The notes beneath the pieces were generated by a model that saw only the letters and a program-made list of their open reading frames with translations, was not told the origin of the DNA and made no database searches. DNA of 63,372 bases, the filler included, from Octopus bimaculoides (lineage: Eukaryota): NCBI RefSeq assembly GCF_001194135.2. It is 5 parts of 5 records of this genome, joined end to end, with 100 filler letters (N's around TTAATTAATTAA, not from the genome) between each part and the next. Parts side by side here need not be neighbours in the genome. Positions count along the whole stretch, not along the records: positions 1 to 19,124 come from NC_068983.1; positions 19,225 to 26,722 come from NC_068986.1; 3 more parts are not named here. One strand, 5' to 3'. A program made the translations under genes and the position numbers. Of the stretch, positions 12,851 through 24,667 are shown piece after piece; the stretch's first letter is position 1; the number at the start of each line of letters is the position of its first letter.

Positions 12851-13600
12851 TCAAAATCTTTCTATTGCCTTAAGATAGTCTAATATTCTGAAAAGTCTGG
12901 TTTTGGTCGGAAATTCACGAAGTAACTGGTTTAAAACAGCAGCTAGTGTTAAACAAGGATGTGTTCTTTCACTATGTCTTTTCAATGATCTTGAATACAC
13001 AATAATGGAAGCCATTGAATCTTTTGAAGAAAATGTTAGAGCAAATGGCAGAGAAGTCAGCAATCTCTATTTTACTACTGATATTGATTTAATAGGATAA
13101 AATGAGGAAAAACTTAGAAATCTAACAACACATTTTATACTATTTTAAGAAGCAATGGAATGAAAGTAAGGGCTAGTTAAAGTAAAATAATAATAATTAA
13201 CAAGAAGAAAATGAAACTAGTCAATTTTACTAAAATAGCAGTAACGACATTTAAACATTTACAAAGAACAATAGCAGATGGGAGATAAAAAAAAAAGTGA
13301 ACTGCTGGATTGCAACAACAGCAGAAACTTTAGCAAAATTAGACCATATTTGGAAAATAAAATGATTACAATAATTACCAAAGATAATTTTTAAGAGCAA
13401 TAGCTATTTTAAGTGTACTTTAGGTATGTGCATCATTGACATAAGGTGCTCATAGTGAGAAAAATGTTAGGTTCTTTGAAATGAAAGAGGCTCTAGAAAA
13501 ATGCCTTGCATTCCATTTGTAAAATATTGAACTATTGTAAATGTTAGGAACAAAATGATTGAAAAAACTGCGAACCACAAAACTTTTCTGTCAGCTTTCA
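12851..13600 (+). mobile_element. RTE-clade LINE reverse transcriptase fragment (decayed)
   Basis: SNWFKTAASVKQGCVLSLCLFN..IMEAIESFEENVRANGREVSNLYFTTDIDLIG resembles RTE GVRQGCVLSP.LFN..NLRFADDI.L, with the catalytic FADD degenerate. Confidence 0.8.
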
Positions 13601-13699
13601 AAAGCAAAATGTGAAGTTGTTTTGTGACATACTATAACATCCCCTCTCTCTCTCTTTTCTCTCCCACTGTCCTCAACACTATGAACACTGTTGTAAAAA

Positions 13700-15050
13700 G
13701 GATTGGGTCTACAGATATTTTGCTAACCTTTTTCAGTTATTCTGCCAATATAGCTCTGTTATAAAAGAGCATAAAGATTCACCACTCACTTCTTTTTCTG
13801 GGTAGTAGACAAATAGGTGCCTTTAGTGAAGATTACGCTTCAGCAAGCACTCAGACTAGGCCTTTGACAAGGAGTTTCCAATGCACTGTCATCACTTAAA
13901 CTTCCCCAAGATGCTCCAAATCAGAACTAAACCCACTTCATTTCAGCCTGTATTCCACTTGTCAACTCTTACTAGCAGAAAAGCTCCACAAATTATTTCT
14001 CTTCGAGACATTCTTTACTCAAACTTCACTCTGAAAGATGGTGCCCATGCATATTAACTTTCACTCTCCTCATTATTCACATCTCTCACCTAAATATCAA
14101 CACAGTCAAACAAATATACTGATTAAAGTTTCTGTACAACACTCTAAATCAATTCTGGTGCATCATAAGGTTGGTGTAGTTTTTCCTTTACTCTCTTCCT
14201 TCAACACATTAATGATCTACTTGTTGTTATGTCCAACAACACTCACTCTTACACTGATTGTAATATCTGCCATTTGTTATTCACCTTCTCCAAGCAAGCA
14301 TCATTCACATGCAACCTTTGCACACATATCAAGCCTGCACCAACTCAATGAACAGAAAGCATCCTCCACTCAGGATATACCAATCTTGTCTCTTTCAGTT
14401 GCAAGAAAACACAAGCACAACACATATCAAGAAAACATGATCACATCTCAGCCCCACTTAGACATGAGAAATATGCAATTAGAACTCTCATGGTTGTTCC
14501 AAGTGTCAGGCCTCACTATCACCAAAGATTTATCCTGGCAACATTAGATCTTCAACAATAACTAAGACAACATTTCAAAAACTAGCTCTTCTTTTCAGGG
14601 CTAGAAAATATTTCAGCCTCCAACAATTACTGACCTTCTACGAAGCTCAGGTGAGATCCATAATGGCATATTGTTGTCACATTTGGGATGGAGCTACTGC
14701 TGTACCTAGACATCTTAGACCATGTCCAGAGAAAGGTTAGTTGAATACCTGGCATAAAGCCACTCAGATATGCACCAATCTCTGGTCTACATATGATGTA
14801 CTTAGACTCTTCTTCCTTTTCTATAATAGCCTCTGCTACTCAGATCTGGTTGATCTTCTGTCACATTCTCATATTGTGTCCAAACCCCCAGGTCCTGCAT
14901 TAATCACTACATCCAGTCCTTTCTCAGCAGAATGTTGACCCTCTGGAACTCCTTCCCTGCTCATGTTTTTTCTGCTAGTGTTAACTTGCAACAGTTTATG
15001 TGAAACATAGTACTGATCTTATTAGTCTTGGAAAGCCTGCAAAAGCCCTG
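13700..15050 (+). mobile_element. L2/CR1-group LINE ORF2 (RT to 3' end), heavily decayed
   Basis: AFDK motif near 13860, YEAQVRSIMAYCCHIWDG near 14640, LWNSFPAHVF near 14940; homologous to the minus-strand copy at 46780-47460. Confidence 0.75.
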
Positions 15051-17849
15051 AGCACTACCTCTTCCTCCAGACCCAGTAAGTTAGAAAAATAATAAAGTAT
15101 CTCAAGTGAATATAATAATGCACACACAAACCGCTGATTAAAGAAGAATAGGAAGGCCAAAATGGATGGCCGAGCAACAATAAGGATAAAATTAGTTGAA
15201 AGCATGAGTTCCACCGATGATTCAGAAAGATGAAAGAAATTTGTATTTCTTAATGTGCATTATGGCATCCCAAAGGCTATGGATTTGGACAGACAGAAGG
15301 GTGTATCCAAATAGGTACCAACAAATGTCTACAATGTCAAGACAATTATCTGCAGCCACACTTTTGTAAGGTTGTACATTGCCAATTTTTATTTTCACCA
15401 TTAAATGGCAAGAAAGAATCATAGCAATTGGCAGATGAAAGAATCTGGCTTTTCTGACTTATTCTTCATCATTCTACACATACCGTCATTCTAGACCAGC
15501 ACATGCTAAACAAATGCAATGTTGTGGTGAAGATGGTGTTTTCTTCCTTCATGAATTGATATCTGAACTATAAAGACCACATTGTTTTAATGATGCTATA
15601 GTTCATGTCTTATTTGGGATTATTTCCAACACTTGTTGAATTTCATTTGTCCTCCATTGTAGTAAAGTCAGTCTTGTGTATAACTGGAGAAATCATTCAA
15701 TAGGTGCTTAATGAATATCTCTTTCATATGTAGGAAATCAAAATTAATTTCAAATAAATAGCAATAGCTAATGAGTTTCAATTTACATACTCTCCATGAT
15801 AGATAACTTAAAACTAGTCAAAAGAAATTAATATTGCTCAATATACAGGAATTTTAATGTCATTTTGTTTTACCATTATTATTTTCCTTCATTTCTTCAC
15901 TATTTCAGTACATTGCCCAATTTCTTAAATAACTTTGGTTAACATTATGAAAAGTAGATATTCACACAGACTCAGTATAGAAAACTTCTTAGGGCTTGTA
16001 TCGATCCTCAGCTATGTAGAATAAAATATTTTTATTCTGAGAGACAATGTAAAGTTTGTAGTCTGATATGAACTAAAAATTCATCATATCTTATCCATGT
16101 CAACATCTTGTAAAATATTGGTTATTGTTTAACAACAAATAGCTTTTAGCTGTGACCATCCTGTCTTCATTTTTGGTGTATTATATACACAGCTGAGTTA
16201 TATTGGATATTGAACCAATTTTTTAAATGATTTCAGGAAATTTGAAGGAGATTAGGCTGCTATTTCTAATAGTTTGAGTGATTGCATAGAAAATTCCCAG
16301 CAGGCATAAGGGAGGAGCACAGTCAATTAAATCAACATCAATTTATTTCTGTTGTTGATATTAAGAGAATTTAAATTCATAACATAGAAATAGAAAGCTA
16401 AAAACTGTAAAATATGTAGTCTGGCACTTTACTGTTTCTCTCAGCCCACTACCTTCTTTTGCTGTGAAAATATTGATTTATCATAGTGTAAAAAAGCTTC
16501 AGTTTTACAGGGAATGGAGTAAGAGATTTAGAAATGTTCACACATTTCTTAAGGGCAATAACAATATAAGGGCAATAGGAATATAAAATAATTACAAATG
16601 GAAATGAAAACCAATGTCAGGGATTGTAGCGCAGCAGGAGGACATTGTTCTTTATGGCTCTTAGATCTCTGTAAAAATATTTCAAGCATATAAAATATTA
16701 AAAATTTAATGAGAAAAACTCTTTCCAGCTGCTTTAGCGATAGTGTGTGGTGTTGGTCGGACATGGTAAACTTATGCTACTACGGAAAAACAGATGTTAA
16801 ATTAAAACAACTTCTGAGTCTAATGTTCAGTTTTATCAAATTCACTGCCTCCCACAAAACCAATACTGTATTATTCTTCAGCTGCTATTTATACACTGGC
16901 TATATGCTTCATCGATTTATCAGTTGTTATCATTGTATTCTAATCAGTCTCCTAACACTACTAGACAACAGATTTTGTTTCAATTAATATTATTTTAATG
17001 ACTTTAAGGAATTTTCTTGTTCTATTTTACTATTTTACAATTCTTTGATATAAAAAAAATATCAGTGGTTAAAAAGGTCTGCAAATGTTCACAGTTTGTG
17101 AGTATATGATGGCAAGGAATAGCAACGCCTATTAATTCTGATATGAAAATGAGATAAATAAAGATGTGTATTTTCTGTTAAATAAATGGAATGCAATATA
17201 TCAAATGGATATAAAATAATTTAGTTAAATATGATTTTATTTTACCGCATAGAATACAAAACATAATATGGCATGCAAGAGTGCCCCTAAAATCACTGTC
17301 ATTTTATTCTATAAACCCTCACAATGGTGAAGTATAAGGGTAGACTCTCAGGGATTTTAAGTATATTTAAAAATCAAAGCTGACAGTCATAGCCCAGCAA
17401 CTTCAAATAAAGAACAAAAAGAAAATGACTACAGTTAAATGTTTTCATTTAATTGTCATAATATCATAATATTACTTCAAATTTTGATGATTGTTGATCT
17501 AGCATTGGTTGCTCCAACATACAGCACAATTCATTACGAAGTGGTAGTTTGGTTTTGTATCAGGAAGTGTATTATCAATGCCATCATCCTTGTGAAGCAA
17601 CTGTAAAGTACTTAAATATTAGATTTTATACTTGATATTTATTAATCTGTGTTCTTGTGATTACTACAGAAACTAGGGATAGATTAATAGTTTGTGAAGC
17701 TGTACAAGCCATGTACAGAGGTACAGTCAGCCTAGTAGGAGTAATGAGTTCAAGCAACAAATCTAATGATCCATTAAAATCTAGATCTCAGCCCACTTTT
17801 GTTCATTTGTCCTACCCCAGTCACAACAGATTTAAAGACCTGTATGAGA

Positions 17850-18340
17850 TTTAGAGAAGAAATTCTAGACATGGAACAAAGACTAAAGTTTTGAGAAGTA
17901 GAAAAAAGAAAGCTTTGCTAGCCTCAGAGAAATGGCCAGGCTCTGTAAACAGAAAAGGAATAGGTAGAAATTCCTTATGGTGTACTTAGTGTAAAATATG
18001 CATAACAAAGTAATGGGACCAGGCAGGCTGAAGAGAAGACAGAGTTTGTCCATGTCAAATACACAAGAGTAGTTAGTAATAAGAATACATGCAAAATAAA
18101 TTCCTTCAAATGCTCAAAAGATTCACTAGAAGTAGCTGATACCTTTTGTTACTTAGATGGCCGACTAAGCAGTGACAGAGGTTGTACCAAAAGCATAGCA
18201 GCCAGAGAAAAAAATGAGTTAAGAAAATTTGGAGCACTATAAACCTTTGCACTATTAACAAAGAGTATCTCTTTTAGAGTGGAATGAAGATTGTGTAATG
18301 CAGGAGTAATCTTACCATAACTCTTTAGCATTTAAACCAG
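17850..18340 (+). mobile_element. RTE-type LINE ORF2 fragment (post-RT region)
   Basis: SLEVADTFCYLDGRLSSDRGCTKSIAAR resembles the RTE LEVVDSFCYLG..IS..GGC..SV.AR motif. Confidence 0.7.
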
Positions 18341-18599
18341 CCGTATCTAGCCAAAATTTTCTATTCATTTTATGTTGAAACTGCTGATTTTAGTATGTGG
18401 TCAATAAAATAAGTAGCAGTTGAACACTGGGTTGATGTAATCAACTCATCACCACCTCCCCCAAGCTGCTCCAGTGGAAAAAATTTGAAATAATTATTAA
18501 GACAGTGGATTGATAGAATCATTATCTCATGCAGTAATTCTTTCACGTCTTTACATTTTAAGTTCAAATCTTAGCAATGTTAACATTTTTTTTCATCTT

Positions 18600-18830
18600 T
18601 CTCATCATTATCATTTAGCATGTTTTCCATGCTGGCATGAATTGGATGGCTTAACAGGAATCGGCAAGCCAGAGAGCTGCATCGGGCTTCAATTGTCCGT
18701 TTGGTATGGTTTCTACACCTGGGTGCCCTTCGTAATGCCAACCACTTTACAGACTGTACTGAGTGCTTTTTTATGTGGCACCAGCAAAGGTGCTTTTTAT
18801 GAGGCACCGGCACTAGTGGGGGTCACCAAA
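18600..18830 (-). mobile_element. RTE-type 3' tail fragment
   Basis: Same family as 26-200 (CATCAT..TTTTCCATGCTGGCATG..GCCCTTC.TAATGCCAACCAC). Confidence 0.65.
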
Positions 18831-19124
18831 TAACTTACAAGACAGATTATCTTTATAATTTGTATATATTTATTTTATTATAAAAGGAAAACAACACTAC
18901 AGAGAAATCGATGTAAGCTTAAATAATAAACTACGATAGATGAAGCGCGATATGGTGAGTGATTACTGTATATATACTGTTATTTTAGATGCACCAAGAA
19001 ATATGAAGAAAAAACTTTTACGAAATAGAGTAAATGCGAATGTACCTTTAAATAATACTTCGTAATATAGTGAGTTAAAAAACAAAACAACAACAACAAA
19101 AACTCTTACACAGAAGAAAAGTGA

Positions 19125-19224
19125 NNNNNNNNNNNNNNNNNNNNNNNNNNNNNNNNNNNNNNNNNNNNTTAATTAATTAANNNNNNNNNNNNNNNNNNNN
19201 NNNNNNNNNNNNNNNNNNNNNNNN
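19125..19224. other. Assembly gap spacer: 44 N + TTAATTAATTAA + 44 N (similar spacers near 26767, 38609 and 62233)
   Basis: The same 12-mer, with stops in all six frames, sits inside about 100-nt N blocks four times; artificial linker marking unsized gaps. Confidence 0.9.
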
Positions 19225-19612
19225 TTCGTCGATCTGCGTGCACCTCGAATAAGCCCGTCTGGACAGCACATCCGTGCCTGTAAAGTTTATCTCGAACCGA
19301 TCGCGCCTCCCCACCACCACCAGTAGCGATGTCAGGCCAAGAACATATGAAAATTATCCATGATAGTCCCTGACTGGAAAATCCTCTGGAAGAGACTAGC
19401 TTGTTCGTTTTTCGGCGACTCCCGGAGTCTCCCTGAACACATCGTCACACTTCCCCGCCACTAATTAAAGTGGAACGCCCATCGGTACCATACAGGGTTG
19501 TGAACGCCTGATGATACTCTAGGTGCCAAGCGCCCAGTTTCAGTCTTTCCTTGAACCAAGACTGCTGCTCTGTCAAGGAGACGAGCTGCAGAAAGATGTG
19601 CTTCACAATAGT
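19225..19612 (-). mobile_element. Possible L1/Tx1-clade LINE ORF2 C-terminal fragment
   Basis: Minus strand reads ..MDNFHMFLA*HRYW..G.A.SVRDKLYRHGCAV.., resembling the LPVR..L.RHG segment before the Tx1 zinc knuckle; frameshifted. Confidence 0.45.
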
Positions 19613-19659
19613 AATGATAATAATTGAAGGAAAAACTGAACTTGGGCGCCTGGCACCTG

Positions 19660-20035
19660 CCCTGATGCAATAAATATCAGGCAGTGGCCTTCATGGTTTT
19701 TGATCTTAACGGATTGGAATTATTATCATACACATTGTTTTGATTTGGTATAAGAGATGGGCTACAGTAAATATTCTGCTCAACGCCACAGATTTGCTTG
19801 TCAGTTGCTTGACCTTAACCAGTTAGTGGCTGATGATATGTGCATCTCTGATCACGAGCAGAAGTAGTTGGGGAGCACCATAGTCATGTGTTAAGAGGAA
19901 TTCTTTGGGGTTTGGATAATTCACCTCTGGAAACATGGGTATTTCGTTCGACATCCTCAAATAACCCTTATTCAGGGAACTTTTGAGCGGGATGGGCTAC
20001 TCGACCTGAAGAAAATACTAACTGAGCCCCACCGC
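19660..20035 (-). mobile_element. Interspersed repeat family D (SINE-like), second copy at about 40285-40530
   Basis: GATGGGCTACAG.AAATATTCTGCTCAA..CCACAGATTTGCTTGTCAGTTG..TGCATCTCTGATCA.GAGCAGAAGTA shared by both loci; orientation is tentative. Confidence 0.7.
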
Positions 20036-20331
20036 TCTTAGTCAATTATTATCTTTTCGTAATCCGGCATTTTTTTTTAATTGGAAAAAAATGATTAAAA
20101 TCTTGTCTTCACAAAAATGCAAAATATGCAAAACAATTATTACATCGCCACCCAAAAAAGGGGTGCAGTTACACAAAATGTTATCACCACGACCAAGACA
20201 ATGCAAACAAAACACTAACTAAATAAAATTTTGAATGGACGGGCTGCAACCAATCGAAATGCTTGATTAAACACTCACAAATTACGGTGCTCCAGCTTGT
20301 ATGACATCACAGGCTGATAGCAATGATGATG

Positions 20332-20408
<77 letters not shown>

Positions 20409-20419
20409 AATAATGGTTT

Positions 20420-20835
20420 CAAATTTTGACTCAAGGGCAGCAATTTGGGGGAGAGGATAAGTCGATTACATCGATCCCAGTATGCAACTGGTACTTAATT
20501 TATCAACCCTGTAAGGATGAAAGGCAAAGTCGACCTCGGCAGAAGTTGAGCTCAGAACGTCAAAGCGGACAAATGCCGCTAAGCCCTTCACCCGGCGTGC
20601 TAACGATTCTGCCAGCTCAACAATCCTTTCTACTGAAGCATAATGCCTCAAATTTGAGGGAAGGGATTAAGTCGAATACATCAACCCCAGTGCATAACTA
20701 GTACTTATTTAATCGACCTCGAAAGGATGAAAGGCAAGGTCGACCTCGGCGGAATTTGAACTCAAAACGTCAAGGCGGACGAAATGCCGCAAAGAATTTT
20801 GCCCGGCGTGCTAACGATTCTGCCAGCTCACCACC
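20420..20835 (-). mobile_element. Tandem dimer of SINE family B between (AAT)n/(AAC)n tracts
   Basis: Two head-to-tail copies (about 20420-20620 and 20645-20835), each with GGATGAAAGGCAA.GTCGACCTCGGC and CCCGGCGTGCTAACGATTCTGCCAGCTC; microsatellites at about 20326-20415 and 20840-20955. Confidence 0.85.
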
Positions 20836-20884
20836 TTAATAACAACATCAACAAGAACAATAACAACAACAACAACAATAATAC

Positions 20885-20955
<71 letters not shown>

Positions 20956-21029
20956 GATCTAAAACATAGAGTTAGCATTCATTTGTGTAATTTATTTCGT
21001 TTTGCGTATCATTCATTCATTCTCTTCCC

Positions 21030-21235
21030 TCCCCTTCTCTCTCTGTCTCTGTCTGTCTGTCTATCTGTCTCTCTGTCTCTGTCTCTGTCTGTCTGTCTCT
21101 CTGTCTGTATGTCTCTCTGTCTCTCTCTCTGTCTCTCTGTCTATCTGTCTCTGTCTCTCTGTCTCTGTCTCTGTCTGTCTGTCTATCTGTCTCTCTGTCT
21201 CTGTCTGTCTGTCTATCTGTCTCTCTGTCTCTGTC

Positions 21236-21280
<45 letters not shown>

Positions 21281-23035
21281 GTCTGTCTATCTGTCTCTGT
21301 CTCTCTGTCTCTGTCTGTCTGTCTATCTGTCTGTCTGTCTCTGTCTCTGTCTGTCTGTCTCTGTCTCTGTCTGTCTGTCTATCTGTCTGTCTGTCTCTGT
21401 CTCTGTCTGTCTGTCTCTGTCTCTGTCTGTCTGTCCNNNNNNNNNNNNNNNNNNNNNNNNNNNNNNNNNNNNNNNNNNNNNNNNNNNNNNNNNNNNNNNN
21501 NNNNNNNNNNNNNNNNNNNNNNNNNNNNNNNNNNNNNNNNNNNNNNNNNNNNNNNNNNNNNNNNNNNNNNNNNNNNNNNNNNNNNNNNNNNNNNNNNNNN
21601 NNNNNNNNNNNNNNNNNNNNNNNNNNNNNNNNNNNNNNNNNNNNNNNNNNNNNNNNNNNNNNNNNNNNNNNNNNNNNNNNNNNNNNNNNNNNNNNNNNNN
21701 NNNNNNNNNNNNNNNNNNNNNNNNNNNNNNNNNNNNNNNNNNNNNNNNNNNNNNNNNNNNNNNNNNNNNNNNNNNNNNNNNNNNNNNNNNNNNNNNNNNN
21801 NNNNNNNNNNNNNNNNNNNNNNNNNNNNNNNNNNNNNNNNNNNNNNNNNNNNNNNNNNNNNNNNNNNNNNNNNNNNNNNNNNNNNNNNNNNNNNNNNNNN
21901 NNNNNNNNNNNNNNNNNNNNNNNNNNNNNNNNNNNNNNNNNNNNNNNNNNNNNNNNNNNNNNNNNNNNNNNNNNNNNNNNNNNNNNNNNNNNNNNNNNNN
22001 NNNNNNNNNNNNNNNNNNNNNNNNNNNNNNNNNNNNNNNNNNNNNNNNNNNNNNNNNNNNNNNNNNNNNNNNNNNNNNNNNNNNNNNNNNNNNNNNNNNN
22101 NNNNNNNNNNNNNNNNNNNNNNNNNNNNNNNNNNNNNNNNNNNNNNNNNNNNNNNNNNNNNNNNNNNNNNNNNNNNNNNNNNNNNNNNNNNNNNNNNNNN
22201 NNNNNNNNNNNNNNNNNNNNNNNNNNNNNNNNNNNNNNNNNNNNNNNNNNNNNNNNNNNNNNNNNNNNNNNNNNNNNNNNNNNNNNNNNNNNNNNNNNNN
22301 NNNNNNNNNNNNNNNNNNNNNNNNNNNNNNNNNNNNNNCTCTCTGTCTCTGTCTGTCTGTCTATCTGTCTGTCTGTCTCTGTCTCTGTCTGTCTGTCTCT
22401 GTCTCTGTCTGTCTGTCCCTGTCTGTCTGTCTGTCTCTGTCTCTGTCTGTCTATCTGTCTGTCTCTGTCTCTGTCTGTCTGTCTCTGTCTCTGTCTGTCT
22501 GTCTGTCTCTGTCTCTGTCTGTCTGTCTGTCTATCTGTCTGTCTGTCTCTGTCTCTGTCTGTCTGTCTATCTGTCTGTCTGTCTATCTGTCTGTCTGTCT
22601 CTGTCTCTGTANNNNNNNNNNNNNNNNNNNNNNGTCTATCTGTCTGTCTCTGTCTCTGTCTGTCTGTCTCTGTCTCTGTCTGTCTGTCTGTCTCTGTCTC
22701 TGTCTGTCTGTCTGTCTATCTGTCTGTCTGTCTCTGTCTCTGTCTGTCTGTCTATCTGTCTGTCTGTCTATCTGTCTGTCTGTCTCTGTCTCTGTATGTC
22801 TGTCTCCGTCTCTGTCTGTCTGTCTATCTGTCTGTCTGTCTCTGTCTCTGTCTGTCTGTCTATCTGTCTGTCTGTCTCTGTCTCTGTCTGTCTGTCTCCG
22901 TCTCTCTCTGTCTGTCTATCTGTCTGTCTGTCTCTGTCTCTGTCTGTCTGTCTATCTGTCTGTCTGTCTCTGTCTCTGTCTGTCTGTCTATCTGTCTGTC
23001 TGTCTCTGTCTCTGTCTGTCTGTCTCTGTCTGTCT
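21030..23035. repeat. Long compound (CT)/(CTGT)/(CTAT) microsatellite with internal gaps
   Basis: Direct reading; source of the spurious 869-880 aa LSVCLS ORFs. Confidence 0.95.
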
Positions 23036-23766
23036 NNNNNNNNNNNNNNNNNNNNNNNNNNNNNNNNNNNNNNNNNNNNNNNNNNNNNNNNNNNNNNNNN
23101 NNNNNNNNNNNNNNNNNNNNNNNNNNNNNNNNNNNNNNNNNNNNNNNNNNNNNNNNNNNNNNNNNNNNNNNNNNNNNNNNNNNNNNNNNNNNNNNNNNNN
23201 NNNNNNNNNNNNNNNNNNNNNNNNNNNNNNNNNNNNNNNNNNNNNNNNNNNNNNNNNNNNNNNNNNNNNNNNNNNNNNNNNNNNNNNNNNNNNNNNNNNN
23301 NNNNNNNNNNNNNNNNNNNNNNNNNNNNNNNNNNNNNNNNNNNNNNNNNNNNNNNNNNNNNNNNNNNNNNNNNNNNNNNNNNNNNNNNNNNNNNNNNNNN
23401 NNNNNNNNNNNNNNNNNNNNNNNNNNNNNNNNNNNNNNNNNNNNNNNNNNNNNNNNNNNNNNNNNNNNNNNNNNNNNNNNNNNNNNNNNNNNNNNNNNNN
23501 NNNNNNNNNNNNNNNNNNNNNNNNNNNNNNNNNNNNNNNNNNNNNNNNNNNNNNNNNNNNNNNNNNNNNNNNNCACACACACACTTCATCCCCACCGCCG
23601 GCTTTCACTAAAATTATATCTCTAGTGTTGTACAGTTACCCATGGCATATAGATTGATATGAATGAATCATACCTGCTGAGGATTGAAAAACTAGATATA
23701 GCTTCCTCAAGGCTATCGATCCAACTACAAAAAACAGAAACAAAAAAAAAACGTAATAAAGATAAT

Positions 23767-23803
<37 letters not shown>

Positions 23804-24213
23804 AGAGATGCAGAAACATGTAGGCCAATGGTCGGGGATATCGGTCGTTTTCGTTCCGTTTCTTCATGTATGTGTCTGTATGGAAGTGTGTATGTATTGA
23901 AGCTTTATCTGCTTATCAAGGTCAAATAATACTATCTTTTTTATACTATCTCTTCTGTTTCTCTGAACTGACTACCTGGCCTATAAGAAATACAATTATC
24001 TCCTTGGGTTTCGAGAGCTGATATTTCGTATGTACGATCACAAATTTAAAAACAGAGATACGGTGTCAAACAAAATAAATGCATAACTAACAAATAAAAA
24101 TTCTGGTTAACACATAACCGCAAGTGTATGCGTAATATTCAAATATGCATATATACTCATATATATGCATATATGCATATATGTATATATGTATATATGT
24201 ATATNNNNNNNNN

Positions 24214-24535
24214 NTCTTCTACTATGGCCTCGGGCCGACCAAAGCCTTGTGAGTGGGTTTGGTAATCGGAAACTGAAAGAAGCCCTTTGTATATATGTAT
24301 ATGTATATTTATATATGTGTGTGTGTGTGTTTGTATCTGTCTTTGCCCCTCCCCCAACATCGCTTGACAACCGATGTTGGTGTGGTTACGCCCCCGTAAC
24401 TTAACAGTTCGGTAAATGAGACCGATAAAATAAGTATTAGGTTTACAAAGAGTAAGTCCTGGGGTCGATTTGTTCGACTAAAGGCAATGCTCCAGCATGG
24501 CCACATTGAAATGACCGAAACAAGTAAAAAAAGAA
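24214..24535 (+). mobile_element. SINE family A (body and tail, split by TA/TG microsatellite)
   Basis: CTACTATGGCCTCGGGCCGACCAAAGCCTTGTGAGTGG..; ..CGCTTGACAACCGATGTTGGTG..GGGGTCGATTTGTTCGACTAAAGGC..GAAACAAGTAAAA. Confidence 0.85.
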
Positions 24536-24582
24536 ATGAATTAAGGAATACACACACACACACACATATATATATACACACT

Positions 24583-24653
<71 letters not shown>

Positions 24654-24667
24654 ATATGTACGTATGT

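Noticed and set aside
19169-19180. Recurrent TTAATTAATTAA palindrome (also near 26767, 38609 and 62233)
   Set aside because: Always centred in N blocks; an artificial six-frame-stop gap linker, not biology.
20983-23625. 869-880 aa ORFs rich in L/S/V/C and their antisense RQTD ORFs
   Set aside because: Translations of CT/CTGT microsatellite plus N runs, which contain no stops.
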